64,000 bases of DNA from Marsupella aquatica. Lineage: Eukaryota > Plantae > Marchantiophyta. Below are positions 49,933-61,831 of the stretch, piece after piece. The stretch lies in the NCBI GenBank assembly GCA_973895155.1, contig OZ316894.1, positions 27,024,340 to 27,088,339 on the forward strand, given 5' to 3'. The notes beneath the pieces are model-generated. The model made no database searches, was not told where the DNA came from, and was given only the letters and a program-made list of their open reading frames with translations. A program made the translations under genes and the position numbers. Each line of letters opens with the position of its first letter. Positions within the stretch are counted from its first letter, which is position 1.

Positions 49933-52900
49933 ATACCAAGGGATCGGCATACAAGCCGATTACGAGGGCAGAACAAATTGAGGCCCTATTAGAAGCCGAG
50001 AGAGCACAGCGGCCTAACTCGCAGGAGCAAGAGGTGGATGAGATGGATAGACACGATCCAGAGCCAAGGCAGGAAGGGGAGCCAGCCACTAATTCAAGAC
50101 TGAATAGACCGGTAAGGGGACAATCTATGGACACCAAGGAAGGGACCGACTCGGCTAGTCCAGCCGAGATCCCAGTTTATGGAGGTATGAGATTAGAGAG
50201 ACTGGAAGCCGAACTGGACCCGAATTTGAAGAAGCAGATTAATATGATCCAAGCACGGCAATATCGGAAGCTCGACTTAGGAGAGGGAAGAGAACTGAAC
50301 TTAGGGAGAAACCTAGCACCTGAGCTCGAGAAAGAGATCAGTGACTTATTGATTGAATTTCAGGATGTGTTTGCATGGAGTCACCAAGATCTAAAGGGCG
50401 TAGATCCAACACTAGGGGAACATCGAATTGATCTCATGTTAGGAGCCAAATCATTTCGACAACCAATTCGAAGGATGAACCCGAAGTATTCCCTGCTGGT
50501 CAAAACAGAAATCGACAAACTAGTGGAAGCTGGATTCATCACTCCAGTCCTGCATTCAGACTGGGTGTCTCCAATTGTGATAGTTCCCAAAAAAGCTGGA
50601 CCCGATGGTAAACCCAAGATCCGGGTTTGTCAGGATTACAGGAAGCTGAATGAAGCAACATTAAAAGACCATTTTCCTTTACCGTTTACTGATATGGTAC
50701 TAGACATGGTAGCCAGTCATGAACTATATTCATTCATGGATGGATACTCTGGTTATAACCAAATCAGGATTCGGCAGGAAGACCAAATCAAGACGGCCTT
50801 CATCACGGAATGGGGGATCTATGTCTTCAATCGTATGCCGTTTGGACTCTGCAACGCACCAGCTATGTTCCAACGATTAATGGTGAACATTTTTCATGAT
50901 TACTTGAGAAAGTTCATGGAAATCTTCATTGATGACTTTGCAGTATTCGGGAAGGCATCGAAACATGCTAAATACCTCAGGAAAACCTTCATGAGATGTA
51001 GGGAGGTGGGTCTCAAGTTACACCCAGATAAATGTTTTTTTGCAGTAACCGAGGGGGTGCTACTAGGTCACAAGGTATCAAGGAAGGGCATTGAGATTGA
51101 CAAAGGTAAGCTAGCAGTATGGCTAGATATCATGCAACCTAAGAACATAAAAGATGTAAGATCCTTCTTGGGATGCATTGGTTACTATCGCCGGTTTATC
51201 AAGGATTTTGCCAAGCTGGCTTTACCATTAACCAATATGCTCAAGGCAGGAGCAGACTTCGAACCCACACCCGAACGAGTCACAGCGGTGGTAGAATTGA
51301 AGCAGATGTTAGTAGAGGCCCCAGTCATGATAGCACCGGACTGGAACAAAGATTTTCATGTTTTTGTAGATGTCTCGGGCTTCTGTATTGGCTCAGTACT
51401 AAGTCAGTTGGATGAGAAAGGAAGGGACCATCCCATATACTTCGCAAGCCGTCAGCTTGCCGATGCCGAACGGAACTACTCTACCACGGAAAGAGAAGCA
51501 TTAGGAGTCATTTATTCTTGTAAAAAGTTTAGGCATTATTTACTAGGGTACAAGGTAATCTTTCATACTGATCATGAAAGTTTGAAGTACCTAGTCAATA
51601 AGCCGGACCTTACAGGCAGAGTAGCAAGATGGATTTTGCTATTACAAGAGTTTGACTATGAGCTGAGGATCAAGCCGGGAAAGTTACATGCCAATGCCGA
51701 CTTCTTTTCAAGGATCACAGGTAAACCTGCCACGGATTGCATCGATGATCGATTCCCCGACGAGGAGCTATTCGTTGTGGAAATAGCTGGTACATGGTAC
51801 CCTGAGATTTTACAATTTCTCAGCACTTCCAGATTACAGCCAGGATTAAGCCGAGAGCAAGCCGCAGTCTTTGTGCGGAAGGTCAGACAGTATCAGTGCA
51901 TTAAAGGCATACTGCACAAGCATGGAATCAACGGCACAATTCAAAGGTGTTTGGAAAAGAGAGAGGTAAAACGAGTCCTACGGGCCATGCATGGAGAGGA
52001 GGCCAGAGGACATTTTGCCCCAGTAACCACGTCTAAGAAAATATTAAATGCCGGTTACTGGTGGCCCACCTTGCACAAGGATGTCTATCAGTTTATCAAA
52101 CAATGCGATCCTTGTCAACGAGCGGGAGGACCAAGGGCGTCCACCAGGCATCCACTGCACCCTATTCTACCTCTGGCACCATTCGAGAAGTGGGGTATTG
52201 ATTACATTGGACCTCTGAAACCATTGACCCACCCTCGACGGAACAAGTACATAATCCTGGCTACGGATTATGCAACTAAATGGGTAGAGGCCAGACCAAC
52301 AACGAAGGATGATGCAATTACTACGGCTAGATTCATGTATGAGCAGATCTTCACCAGGTATGGAGCACCCCTAGAATTAGTTAGTGATAGAGGAACCCAT
52401 TTTTTGAATGATATAATTAGTCGTTTAAATGAGCAGTATTTAGTTAAACATAGGCCTACTACTCCCTACCATCCAAAGGCAAACGGGTTGACAGAACGAG
52501 CAAACGGAATCATAGGAAATATATTGAACAAGACAGTAGCTCAGAACAAACTCGATTGGGATGATAAATTGTTTGCTGCTGTTTTTGCTTACAATCTGGC
52601 CTATAAATCCACTACCGGTCATACACCCTTCTTCTTAACCTTTGGACAAGAAGCCCTGGTACCCATGCAACTTGAGATACCGACATTTCAAGTTACAATT
52701 GAGGAAAGAGCCTCAGCGGAGGAGACCCTAAAGGAGCGAGAATATAGGTTAGAAGCTTTAGAGGAAGCGAGAATGATTTCAGCCGAGAGAGTAGAATATA
52801 GACAGAATATCATGAAGCAGCAGTATGATAAAAGGTTAAAAGTAGTTAGTATTCATACCGGTGATCTTGTGTTACTTTATGACAGTAGGTATAGTAGGTT

Positions 52901-53105
52901 TCCAGGGAAGCTTTACACTCGCTGGTTAGGACCCTTTAGAGTAACCATGATGTTCCCCAATGGCTCCGTACAATTGGCCAACATTACGGGAGAGGTATAT
53001 CCAGTTCGCATCCATTATGACCGCCTCAAGAAATACTATATGGACGAAGATGAAGTTGTTCGCGAGGACGCTTCACAATTAAGTGGGGAGCTATGTGATG
53101 CCTAG
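49839..53105 (+). CDS. pol: Pol: reverse transcriptase, RNase H, integrase (-1 frame relative to gag-PR)
   Basis: RVCQDYRKLN, DGYSGYNQI, RMPFGLCNAP, FIDD, FVDVS...EREAL...TDH, HHCC zinc motif, GIDYIGP, SDRG, NGLTER, WLGPF. The stop falls just inside the 3' LTR. Confidence 0.97.
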   Translation: MGSSSRDSGFSAGVVAEPTGSTTPSIIGKELNTKGSAYKPITRAEQIEALLEAERAQRPNSQEQEVDEMDRHDPEPRQEGEPATNSRLNRPVRGQSMDTKEGTDSASPAEIPVYGGMRLERLEAELDPNLKKQINMIQARQYRKLDLGEGRELNLGRNLAPELEKEISDLLIEFQDVFAWSHQDLKGVDPTLGEHRIDLMLGAKSFRQPIRRMNPKYSLLVKTEIDKLVEAGFITPVLHSDWVSPIVIVPKKAGPDGKPKIRVCQDYRKLNEATLKDHFPLPFTDMVLDMVASHELYSFMDGYSGYNQIRIRQEDQIKTAFITEWGIYVFNRMPFGLCNAPAMFQRLMVNIFHDYLRKFMEIFIDDFAVFGKASKHAKYLRKTFMRCREVGLKLHPDKCFFAVTEGVLLGHKVSRKGIEIDKGKLAVWLDIMQPKNIKDVRSFLGCIGYYRRFIKDFAKLALPLTNMLKAGADFEPTPERVTAVVELKQMLVEAPVMIAPDWNKDFHVFVDVSGFCIGSVLSQLDEKGRDHPIYFASRQLADAERNYSTTEREALGVIYSCKKFRHYLLGYKVIFHTDHESLKYLVNKPDLTGRVARWILLLQEFDYELRIKPGKLHANADFFSRITGKPATDCIDDRFPDEELFVVEIAGTWYPEILQFLSTSRLQPGLSREQAAVFVRKVRQYQCIKGILHKHGINGTIQRCLEKREVKRVLRAMHGEEARGHFAPVTTSKKILNAGYWWPTLHKDVYQFIKQCDPCQRAGGPRASTRHPLHPILPLAPFEKWGIDYIGPLKPLTHPRRNKYIILATDYATKWVEARPTTKDDAITTARFMYEQIFTRYGAPLELVSDRGTHFLNDIISRLNEQYLVKHRPTTPYHPKANGLTERANGIIGNILNKTVAQNKLDWDDKLFAAVFAYNLAYKSTTGHTPFFLTFGQEALVPMQLEIPTFQVTIEERASAEETLKEREYRLEALEEARMISAERVEYRQNIMKQQYDKRLKVVSIHTGDLVLLYDSRYSRFPGKLYTRWLGPFRVTMMFPNGSVQLANITGEVYPVRIHYDRLKKYYMDEDEVVREDASQLSGELCDA
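49863..49922 (+). promoter_or_regulatory. Putative -1 ribosomal frameshift signal (G_GAT_TTT plus stem-loop/pseudoknot)
   Basis: Heptamer at 49863-49869 in the gag frame, 5-nt spacer, 10-bp stem GGCGTTGTGG/CCACAACGCC (49875-49884/49900-49909). Loop GCCGA can pair with TCGGC at 49918-49922. Confidence 0.75.
53081..53090 (+). promoter_or_regulatory. Polypurine tract
   Basis: AAGTGGGGAG, 3 nt before the 3' LTR. Confidence 0.75.
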
Positions 53106-56100
53106 ACAGGAATCACTCGGCCGGTTAAGTGGGTAAAGCAGGAAGGCACCCTAGGAACACCTTAGTATAGTGACAAAACAAGGAAAATATAAACAATTAG
53201 GGGCAACCATGGAACCCGGGCAGAGGCCGGAGGTAAGGCTGAGGGTGAAAAACCGATTAGGGTTAGGACGCGTTAAGCGTCGGCGGCTAGGAAGGATCAA
53301 CGGGAAGAAGGACCGGCAGAGGAGAGGGGTAAGGAGCGCTTGCAGGAGATGGTGGCTCATTTGCGAGCACGAACTAGGCAGACGACTACGGGAGGCCAAC
53401 TACTGTCAGCTGCTTAGGCAAGCACTCGGGGAGAGAGTAGATACCGACGATCAACCTAAGGAGGGTATGAGCAACGTCAATCAAGCGGCACATTTCTGGG
53501 GATGCCTGTTCGAACGGGCAACTGAGTACATCAAGACTTACGAGGACGAGGAGTCAGAAAGGGCAGCTCGAGAACGGCAGGAGCTCGCTCGATTGTGGGA
53601 GCTGCAGAAGATGGCTTTCTTAGGAGGCGAACTCATCAAGGACGAGTTCCTGTGGACGCCTACTTCCAATCAACTCGACGATCTTCTGTTTTGCAAAGAC
53701 AGCGTCGTCGGCATCCGAGAGGCCATCAAGAACTGCAACGACATACACTGGGAATTAAAGGGTAGCACGGAAAGGTGGACCCGGGCAACGGTGCTAGGAG
53801 AAACCTCCACGGCAGCAGAGATGAAGAGGAAGGGAGCCGTCAACGATGAAGCCACCCCTGCAAAAAGAACGAGGTAGGCGGCACCAAAGAAGCCAGCCGA
53901 GCAGCATAGCAGGAGGCAGGGAGAAGCCGAAGAGGAGGAGGTCGATCCCATCAAGGCCATTCCAACCAGGGATGACACCTGGAAGGGCTGGGCGGCAACC
54001 CTACCGGTGGAGGTGCAACTACATTTTGCACGGGAGGAGGATGAATGCTTTACGGCCATGCAGACCAAGAAGTACCAAGGCTTCATGGCCGGATCCGGCT
54101 TGGAGGCCTTTGTAAGATTACCATGGCTGAAGCCGGAGGTACCGGAGTCAGACCTATTAGAATTCGTGGGGTCATGGGAACCCGAGACCAATTGCACGAG
54201 GATATATGGGAAGGATTTCTATCTTACTCCCAAGGTGATTGCCGAAGTGTTTGGCTTGCCGATGGGCAATAAGACCAAAGTTGATACCAGGAAGACCTTG
54301 CCTGACAAGGAGTTCCGGTCGTTCCCCGGGCCATCAACGAAGAATGGCTTCTTCCGGAACACCTGCACCAACCCGCACATAGGAGAGATGATCGACTTCT
54401 TGCGGGTGACCATGCATTGTAACTTGCCGAGGGCAGAGATCGGCAAGGCACAGGTCTATCTGGCAGAAAGGCCAGACCCAAGCCGGGACTACAACGGGTA
54501 CCTCCTCAACCAATTGAAGAAGATCTTAAAGGAGGAGCAGCAGGTAATCGGCATGGGGAGCGTGTCGCGGCTTGGCTATCACATGCCGCTGTTGTGCCGG
54601 TATGCCAGAGGTCAGACTTTTGCCCCGGTACTTCCCCTGCAGGTAAGGGCACCCGAGGAAGCTCCAACGCCGAGGCCGTTGGCTAAGAAGCCTCAACCAC
54701 CTGTTAGTCCTACGATCGAGCAGGTGTTTAGGCCCAGGAAGGAAGACTTGCCGATGCAGCAACCAGGCATGCAGAGTCTGCTGAAACTACTGGAGAAAGA
54801 AAAGAGATCGGCATCGGCAAAAACAACGGCAACGGCAACAATGCAGGACACTACTACAGAGGTAGGCCTACACCGGCTCACAAGAGAAAACCCCTTTGCT
54901 GGAGACAAGGAGAGAATCAGGCCGGAATCCAAGCCAGGTGTTCGAATGTACGTGGGAACCTCAAGCTCCGAATCTGAGGCAGAATTGCCTGAAGCTCCTA
55001 CCAACGAAGAGGAGAGGGAGAAGCCGGACGTCCAAGAGGTAGAGGAGGCAGTGGAGGACTGCAGCCATGATAATTCCGGCTATGGGTCGGACCATCACGT
55101 TCCAGGAGTAAGGACCTGTGGCCGGTTTTTCCCCACACTTCCAAGGGTAGTGCGAGGGGACCCCAACCAGCAGAGTAGCCCTGAGTCTCCCCCACCAGAT
55201 GTTGCTCCCCCGAGCTTCGACGGCATAAAACAGACGGTGCAGGAATTTCAGGAGCGAATCAAGCAGGAGGAAGAGGCCGCCCTGGCTAAGGAAAAGGATT
55301 TACCAGGAGGAGATTGGCGGGAGGACATCAGGCGGCTAGCCGAAAAAGGAAGCAAACCTCTAGCCACGATTGAAGAGATCCGCAGGACGGCTTGGGAGCA
55401 GAGGCCACGATGGGCAATGCCGATCACTTCTACTTACTCCACCTACGCTAAGAATAGAGCCATGGAGTATGGTGAGATGTGTGGGGAACTTGCGCTCGGC
55501 ATCTTTGGAGAGGAGTTGGAGGTAGGACCCTTTTTCCATAGGGAGCAGTTGGAGAAGCACCAATTAGAAGAAGCGGTGGCTTTAGAGAGAAGCAAGAAGG
55601 ACGAGGTCATTCGGCGGCTTAGGAGGATGGAAGCCGAGATTGAAGATCTAAGGGCGGCCAAGAAAGCCCAAGATGAACTGCGGATTAAACGACATGAGCT
55701 GAACATCATGCAGGGGCAGTTGGACGCCGCGCAGGTTGATAATCAGAATATCAAGGATAAACTGACTCAGACGCAGGAAGAGTTGGCCGACACGATCAAA
55801 GAAAGGGAAAAGTGGAAGCAAGAGCTGAAGAATACAGAGGAGGCCCACATAACAGCCAACAGCCGGGCCATGGCGGAGACCCAAAGAAAGGAATGGGCGT
55901 TGAAAGGGGAGCTCGAGAAAATCCGCGGAGCCCTTGAGCAGAAGGAGGTCGAGTTAGGGAAATCCTATCAAGGGATTATGGCGCTGCAGCAGGAGCTTGC
56001 GTCCCTGACGACCAGCTTCAAGGCCGACCTAAGGGAGAAGGACGAGATGCTCGAACAGACTTACGCCAAGATGAACCAGATGGAGTCTGTCATCATTGCA

Positions 56101-57746
56101 GAGCTCGACAAGGAGCTAAGAGCAACCCAGGAGGAGAAGGCTACCTTAAAGAAGGAATTGGAGGAAGCCCACAGGGAGCAGGAGGAGGCCAAAAACGAGC
56201 TGGAGGGGGCACGTAAGGACCTGGATGAAACCCAAGAGGAGTTGGAGGAAATCACGAGGAAGATGGAGAACCTACAGCGGCGGGCCGACAACCAAACAGA
56301 GCGGCTGAAGAAACAAGCCGCAGTATTTAAATGCTTAGCTGCAGCAGGTCCATCTCCTGTTGGGACAAACCAGTTACCAGGGGTGGTAATTGCCGAAGGA
56401 CAAGCCGCGCCACCTGCACCAGTGCCGGAAGTAAGTGGGAAGGGGAAGGGACCAGCTGCCAAGCCACCAACGAAGAAGAAGCGGAAACCTTCAGGGTCAA
56501 GGAGTAATACGACTTCACAGGCCGTGGTGATCAAGGAGGTAGACCCAGCACCGACCCCAGACAGGGTCACGGCTAAGGATCCAACTACCCTAGGGGAAGG
56601 GGAAGCCGAAGCCGTGGGAGTGGCTGAGGCCGAAGCCGTGGGAGTGGCTGAGGCCGAAGCCGTGGGTATTGCCGAGGCCGGTGTCGAGGCTGAAGCCGAA
56701 GGTGGACCCAGTCAGGCCGATGGAGAGTTGACTCGGTCAAGGGCAGGTAATCTGTCAGTAGGCGGGCCAACGGCAGTGGCTGAGGAGGAAGTGTTGGGGG
56801 CGTCCATTGAGGATCCACCACCGGTGTCGTGACGGTGCAAGGGCGCCGTTCCTTTTAGGGAGGGCGGACGTGGAGGGAGGAGGCGTGAGTGGGCAGGGCG
56901 GGCACGGATCTCCACGTTTAGGATTAGGATCCGAACCAGGAGCGGCCCTGACACTTAGCTTAGTGGGATTGCGGTCCCACTGGTAGGAGCAACACTTGTG
57001 CTCCTGCCTTGCTGTACATAGGTAGATTCGGGCAAGTAGATTACTGTTAAGTAGATTAGGCTTACGATGCAAAGAATGGCGGATCCACTACCAGGATAAG
57101 TACCTGGGCAGCGGGGAGCTCAGGGCCTCTTCTTTAGCAAGTTTTTAGTTTGCACCAGCCGGGCTGGGATCAAGTAGTACGAGAAGCTCTCGGTTAGTCA
57201 TACAGTGACCCTTGTGTATATTCATGTTTCCTCATGCCTAAGAGCTGAATAGAGTTGGCCTCACGGCTTAGTTCGCAGAACTTGTGTATGAGATGTACTG
57301 TTTGTATGGCAAGTGCATGGTATGACTCAGTCAGAATGAGTCATTTTGCTATTTGTGTGTCGCATTAACTTGTGTGAAGAGTGCCCACATCAACAGAAGG
57401 AAGGAAAGTAAGCAGGGGAGTGAGAGTTGGATGTGTCGAGCTGAGAGAGGTCTTAGCGGCTTAACCAAAGGATCATTCCGGCAGTGGGAATCCAAACATA
57501 CCTAACAAGACGGAGGGGAAGACAGGGGAAGACAGGGGAAGGCCTATATTAGGCCGGCTACGTATCTCATGACCCGATGAAGGATCTGTCCAGTATATGT
57601 GTGTAAAATGTTAATAGTAGTAGTAGAAGGTTAGCAGCGTCCCATGCCGCTAAGCCGCGGAAACGGCCTCGCCAAGCACGAAACCTGCGGGAATCGGCTT
57701 GAGCTGGGGGGTTTCTTGGGTTTAGGGAGCCATGGGACGCACCACA
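53094..57746 (+). repeat. 3' LTR (4,653 bp)
   Basis: Copy of 42210-46869 at offset 10,884, with about two dozen differences counted by eye. Confidence 0.97.
53170..56832 (+). pseudogene. 3'-LTR copy of the LTR ORF with one nonsense mutation
   Basis: TCG>TAG at 53875-53877; otherwise colinear with 42286..45948. Confidence 0.9.
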
Positions 57747-57751
57747 GCTTC

Positions 57752-60700
57752 TAAGCAACAAGGAGGACCTGGCGCTTCTAGAAGGAGCCTAGAGGGAAGG
57801 AAGGAGGGAATTTGCAAACCCTGTGCTGCGATTTTCAAAAGCGTGCTCCAATTTTAGGCAAAAATACATGGAGTTACAAGCAAGACCAAGGCTGGCAGAG
57901 GTTGAGATGGAGTTTCTTAGAGCGAGAATGAGAGCACTGAAAGCATCCATTCTGGAGGAACACACAGAGGATGAAATCAAGGAATACACGGAAACAGAAG
58001 ACACACTGCATGCAACCGAGTTGGAAGTGGCTAATAAGGGACGGAGACTTGCAAGGATTAAATGGCTGGGAGAAGGAGACGAATCAACAAAGTTCTTCTA
58101 TGCGATAGTAAAGGCTAAACGCGCCCGAGAAACCATGAACCTGATTCTCAAAGAGGATGGGACGGAGATAACAGAGGCGGCAAGCATTGTGCTTGAAGTG
58201 GAGAAAATGTGTCAAGCACTTTATGCACCGCAGGAACCCTCACAAAGGGAGACACAAGAACGACGGCAAGAGAGGAGACGTCTACTGCAACACACAAAAT
58301 TTGCGCTTACAGCGGCAGAGAGAATGAAATTGGAAGCTCTCCCGACAACTAAAGAGGTGAAGGAAGTGCTTTGGATGCTACCAGGAGACAAATCGCCTGG
58401 CCCAGACGGCTTAACGGCATAAGTACTGCGCGCATGCTGGGAGTTTCTGGGACAGGACTTGGTGGAAATGATACAAGAATTCTGGATGACAGGAGAGATT
58501 GATAGTGCGTTAAAAGAAGGGATAATAAAGCTCATTCCGAAGAAGCCTGATAAGAGATCACTGAAGGACTGGCGTCCCCTTACAATGTTGAACACAACGT
58601 ACAAAGTCATTGCTAAGATCCTGGCATTGCGGTTACAAGAAATCATGAACAAGATAATCAGCCCCCAACAGACCGGATTTATACAGGGGCGCCACATTCT
58701 GGAAAACATCTCACTGGCCTGGCTCGCATGTGACTGGATACTGCACAAGAAGACGGAGGCACTTTTCTTGAAGTTGGATTTCGAAAAGGCCTTTGACAGG
58801 GTGAATCACGAATACATATGGGACACAATGCACTTACTGGGAATAAGTGGCCACTTTATCACACTGGTACGGGCTCTGTTGGCTGGATCTTTCTCGAAGG
58901 CAATGGTCAATGGTTTTGCGACGGGTATGATTGAGCTTAAGAGGGGGGTGAGACAGGGCTGCCCCTTGTCACCCCTACTTTTTGTCATCTCGACACAACC
59001 GCTGATGGACTTCTTAGCTACGGAGATGGAGGCTGGGAGACTTAGTGGACTGTCAATCATGGACACACTCACAATATGCTACAGATTATTCGCAGATGAT
59101 GTTGGAATGTTCATTCCTGCCACGGAGGAAGCTTTCACCCAGGCACAAACTGCACTTGCATGTTATGAAATGGGTTCTGGAGCAAAGCTGAACCTACGAA
59201 AATCTGTGGTGATTCCCTTGGCAATTGAGGTCATCCCGGATTGGCTGCTGTACTCTGGCTGTCAAGTGAGTGCAATGGGGGAGGTTCAGAAATATCTGGG
59301 CGCTCCCTTGGGGGCCGGTCTGAAGACTGAGCAACTGCACAGATTCTGCCTAGATAAAATCAGCTCACGACTGTCATCCTGGACAAATAAGCTCCTCTCT
59401 TTCACAGGTCGAACCTTATTGGTCAAACACGTGCTCCAGGCCATCCCAATCTACCATGTGATGCACCTCAAGGCTTCAGCGGGTCTGGCCAAGAAACTCA
59501 TTGCCCTCAGTAGAGATTTTCTGTGGGGATATAATCCTGCAGGTGGGAAGAAAATTCCGCTGGTGGCATGGGACAAGATGACACTTCCAAAAATAGAGGG
59601 CGGCCTGGGATTCAAGGACTTCAGAAGCCACTCCAATGCATTATTATCACAATGGTTCACTAAGGCCCTAGAGTATCCAGACAGGGAATGGTCGAAGATG
59701 CTGGCAGCCAACTTATCTTTAATGGGATGGTTGAATTACAAGGTGATCAGAAGAAACAATTACACGTTCAAGGATAGGCTTCTGCTCTACTCCTAGGGCA
59801 GGCGGTGGTCTCAGGTATACAAGTGGTCTATGGAAGGCTTGGGAGGAGTTGCGTGCCCATCTGGCTTTTTGTCCTGGGAGATATGGTGCCCCTGGACGCT
59901 GGAGCATTAACGATGCAATTAGATGTATGGTAGATTTCAATTCATTGCCAAATGTGGACATTGTAGGAGTCACTGCTATTTGTGGACGCTTGGGAATGAG
60001 ATCAATTCAGGACGGATGGTCGGTGGAGACAGGGGGCTGGAAAGACCTTCCGCTTAGGGGGCAGGTGCTGCGAGGATTCACTGGGGAGCACAGAGGGCTG
60101 GCTAGAGCGTTCCTAGGGAGAATTTGGGAGTCAACTGCCTGCAGGTGGGACAGGGATCCTCCGGCCAGACAGTGGCGCTGGTCTGACAGGGCAGAACCTC
60201 TCAAGGACTTTCAGATCACCAACTGCAGGGTCTACCAGTTCTTGAGACCCAAGATGAGCCTTCATGTGCTGCTTAATAGGTGTTGGTCCTCACACCGGTC
60301 GGAAATTGAATGGTGCATTGGATGGAAGAAGCTGTGGATTTCTGACCTCTCCTGCAGGGCAAAAACCTTTATCTGGCGGATCCTGGTTGGTGGATTGTTT
60401 ACTGGTCAACGGGCCCTCCGTATCCAGGCTGGTACTGGGAATTGCAAGCTTTGCTGTGGGGTCTTGGAGATGATGCAACATTTGTTCATTGAATGTTCCC
60501 ATGCCTCATGTTGCTGGAGGATGTGTGATAGGATTTTGACAGAGCTTCGCTTACCCATTGGAGGTGGTCTGCTGGCTATTCTTGATGCATCGACAGGACC
60601 GGAGCCTATTCACACTGCTAGGATCTTTTGTGTATATCAGACTCTCTGGATGATTTGGCTGGGAAGAAATGAACATATGTTCTCTGACAAGGTGGGACGT

Positions 60701-60895
60701 TCATTTGACTTGGGCCTGATGCTTGCTGAGACTGCCAATCACATCCATGCGGTTGGGGCTGGTTTACGCTTTGGGCGGCGTCGCTCTCGGTTGAACCGGG
60801 CTCAGGAATGGTTGCGAGGAACGAGGCAAATCTGGCTTAGACGGAGTGGGGACAGGATTCTCTTGGTGCCCTCTAGCGGCGGCGTTGCTGATTGA
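57752..60895 (+). pseudogene. LINE ORF2, RT and zf-RVT part
   Basis: Rejoins the endonuclease in frame (ANPAL-LSNK). KSPGPDG, WRPLTM, LDFEKAFD, GVRQGCPLSP, FADD, YLG, CKLC..HLFIEC. Stops near 57790, 58420 and 59794, plus a frameshift. Confidence 0.93.
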
Positions 60896-61234
60896 GGGGT
60901 CTGCTTTTTGGAGGGCTGCTGTGGGGAGGGCATGGGTGCTCTCTTGATCGGTGTTATTTCCCTTCTTTGAGGGGGGGCTCTCCCTGGGGCTTTGATGCTC
61001 TCTTTTGTGCTTTTGGGCTCTCTTTGTGGCTCGCTAGTGTGCTGTTGCTGTCCCTGTATTAAGGGCTGTTGTTCCCCCTATCCGTGGGGTCTTTCACGGT
61101 ATTAAAATTTATAAAAAAAACCATTCCAATGAATATAATCATGGTCTGGATAAGACAGTGCCAATAGTAGGTCAAATAAGTATGACCTTAGAATTACATA
61201 TCTATCTCTATCTTATGAAGGTAGTTTCATATGT

Positions 61235-61831
61235 TCAGGGCCCAAGGCCAACAGAATCACTCTCCAAGCAGATTTTCTTCCCAGCTCTTGCAGAAATAGC
61301 ATCATGCTGATGAGTGGATGGAACTCTTGTACTATTCGACACGTAGGGTGTGTCAGAGACCAAAGAATCTACTACGCGAAGTGGAAGTTTGCCTTTCAAA
61401 GCATGTGTATGTCCTGGATCTATTCTGTGCATAGTAATCTCCCGAGTAATCTTGGACAGGTTGGGAGAAATTGGGACCAAAGGTTCCCGTGCTTCTACTA
61501 CAAGTTTTCTCTCAGTTGCAGTCTTTGTAGAGATTGTTTTATTCTTATGTCCTCTCCGCTGCAACATCTGAACAACCTCTGATTGCAGGACTTCCAATGT
61601 CTTGTTCTCGCTGAGAAGCCGATGGTTTTCTGCTTTCAACCTCTCAACCTCGTGTTTCAATTCCTGGGTCTCTCTATCACGAATTTTGGCATTTAACATG
61701 TCCGTCTGCAACGCAGGCCAAAGGTCTTCACAAAGCATTGACTGCACATGAGTCAAGTACTCTTTTGCCTCTTTTATCTTCCCCAAATAATTAGTAGCAA
61801 GGCCCTTCAGATTATCTTTGCTAGGCTCCAT
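61235..61831 (-). CDS. Coiled-coil ORF, candidate upstream exon of the Harbinger Myb gene separated by the LINE
   Basis: Same strand as 36937-38144 and adjacent to it once the LINE is excised; the splice donor was not identified. Confidence 0.45.
   Translation of the reverse strand: MEPSKDNLKGLATNYLGKIKEAKEYLTHVQSMLCEDLWPALQTDMLNAKIRDRETQELKHEVERLKAENHRLLSENKTLEVLQSEVVQMLQRRGHKNKTISTKTATERKLVVEAREPLVPISPNLSKITREITMHRIDPGHTHALKGKLPLRVVDSLVSDTPYVSNSTRVPSTHQHDAISARAGKKICLESDSVGLGP

Larger units (their letters stand above)
42210..57746 (+). mobile_element. Full-length non-chromovirus Ty3/gypsy LTR retrotransposon, 15,537 bp
   Basis: TG...CA LTRs, 5-bp TSD GCTTC (42205-42209 and 57747-57751), PBS, PPT, domain order gag-PR-RT-RH-INT, no chromodomain. 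Confidence 0.98.
38411..61131 (+). mobile_element. L1-clade LINE (~7.2 kb once the nested gypsy is removed)
   Basis: 17-bp TSD AATATAATCATGGTCTG at 38394-38410 and 61132-61148; ORF1 and ORF2 present; A8 run near the 3' end. Confidence 0.95.

Noticed and set aside
42786-57072. Numerous antisense and alternate-frame ORFs in the gypsy element (likewise in the PPR and LINE)
   Set aside because: Shadows of long coding frames with no independent motifs.
42210-57746. Segmental duplication or assembly artefact explaining the 4.66-kb repeats
   Set aside because: TG..CA ends, PBS, PPT, 5-bp TSD and sequence differences define genuine LTRs.
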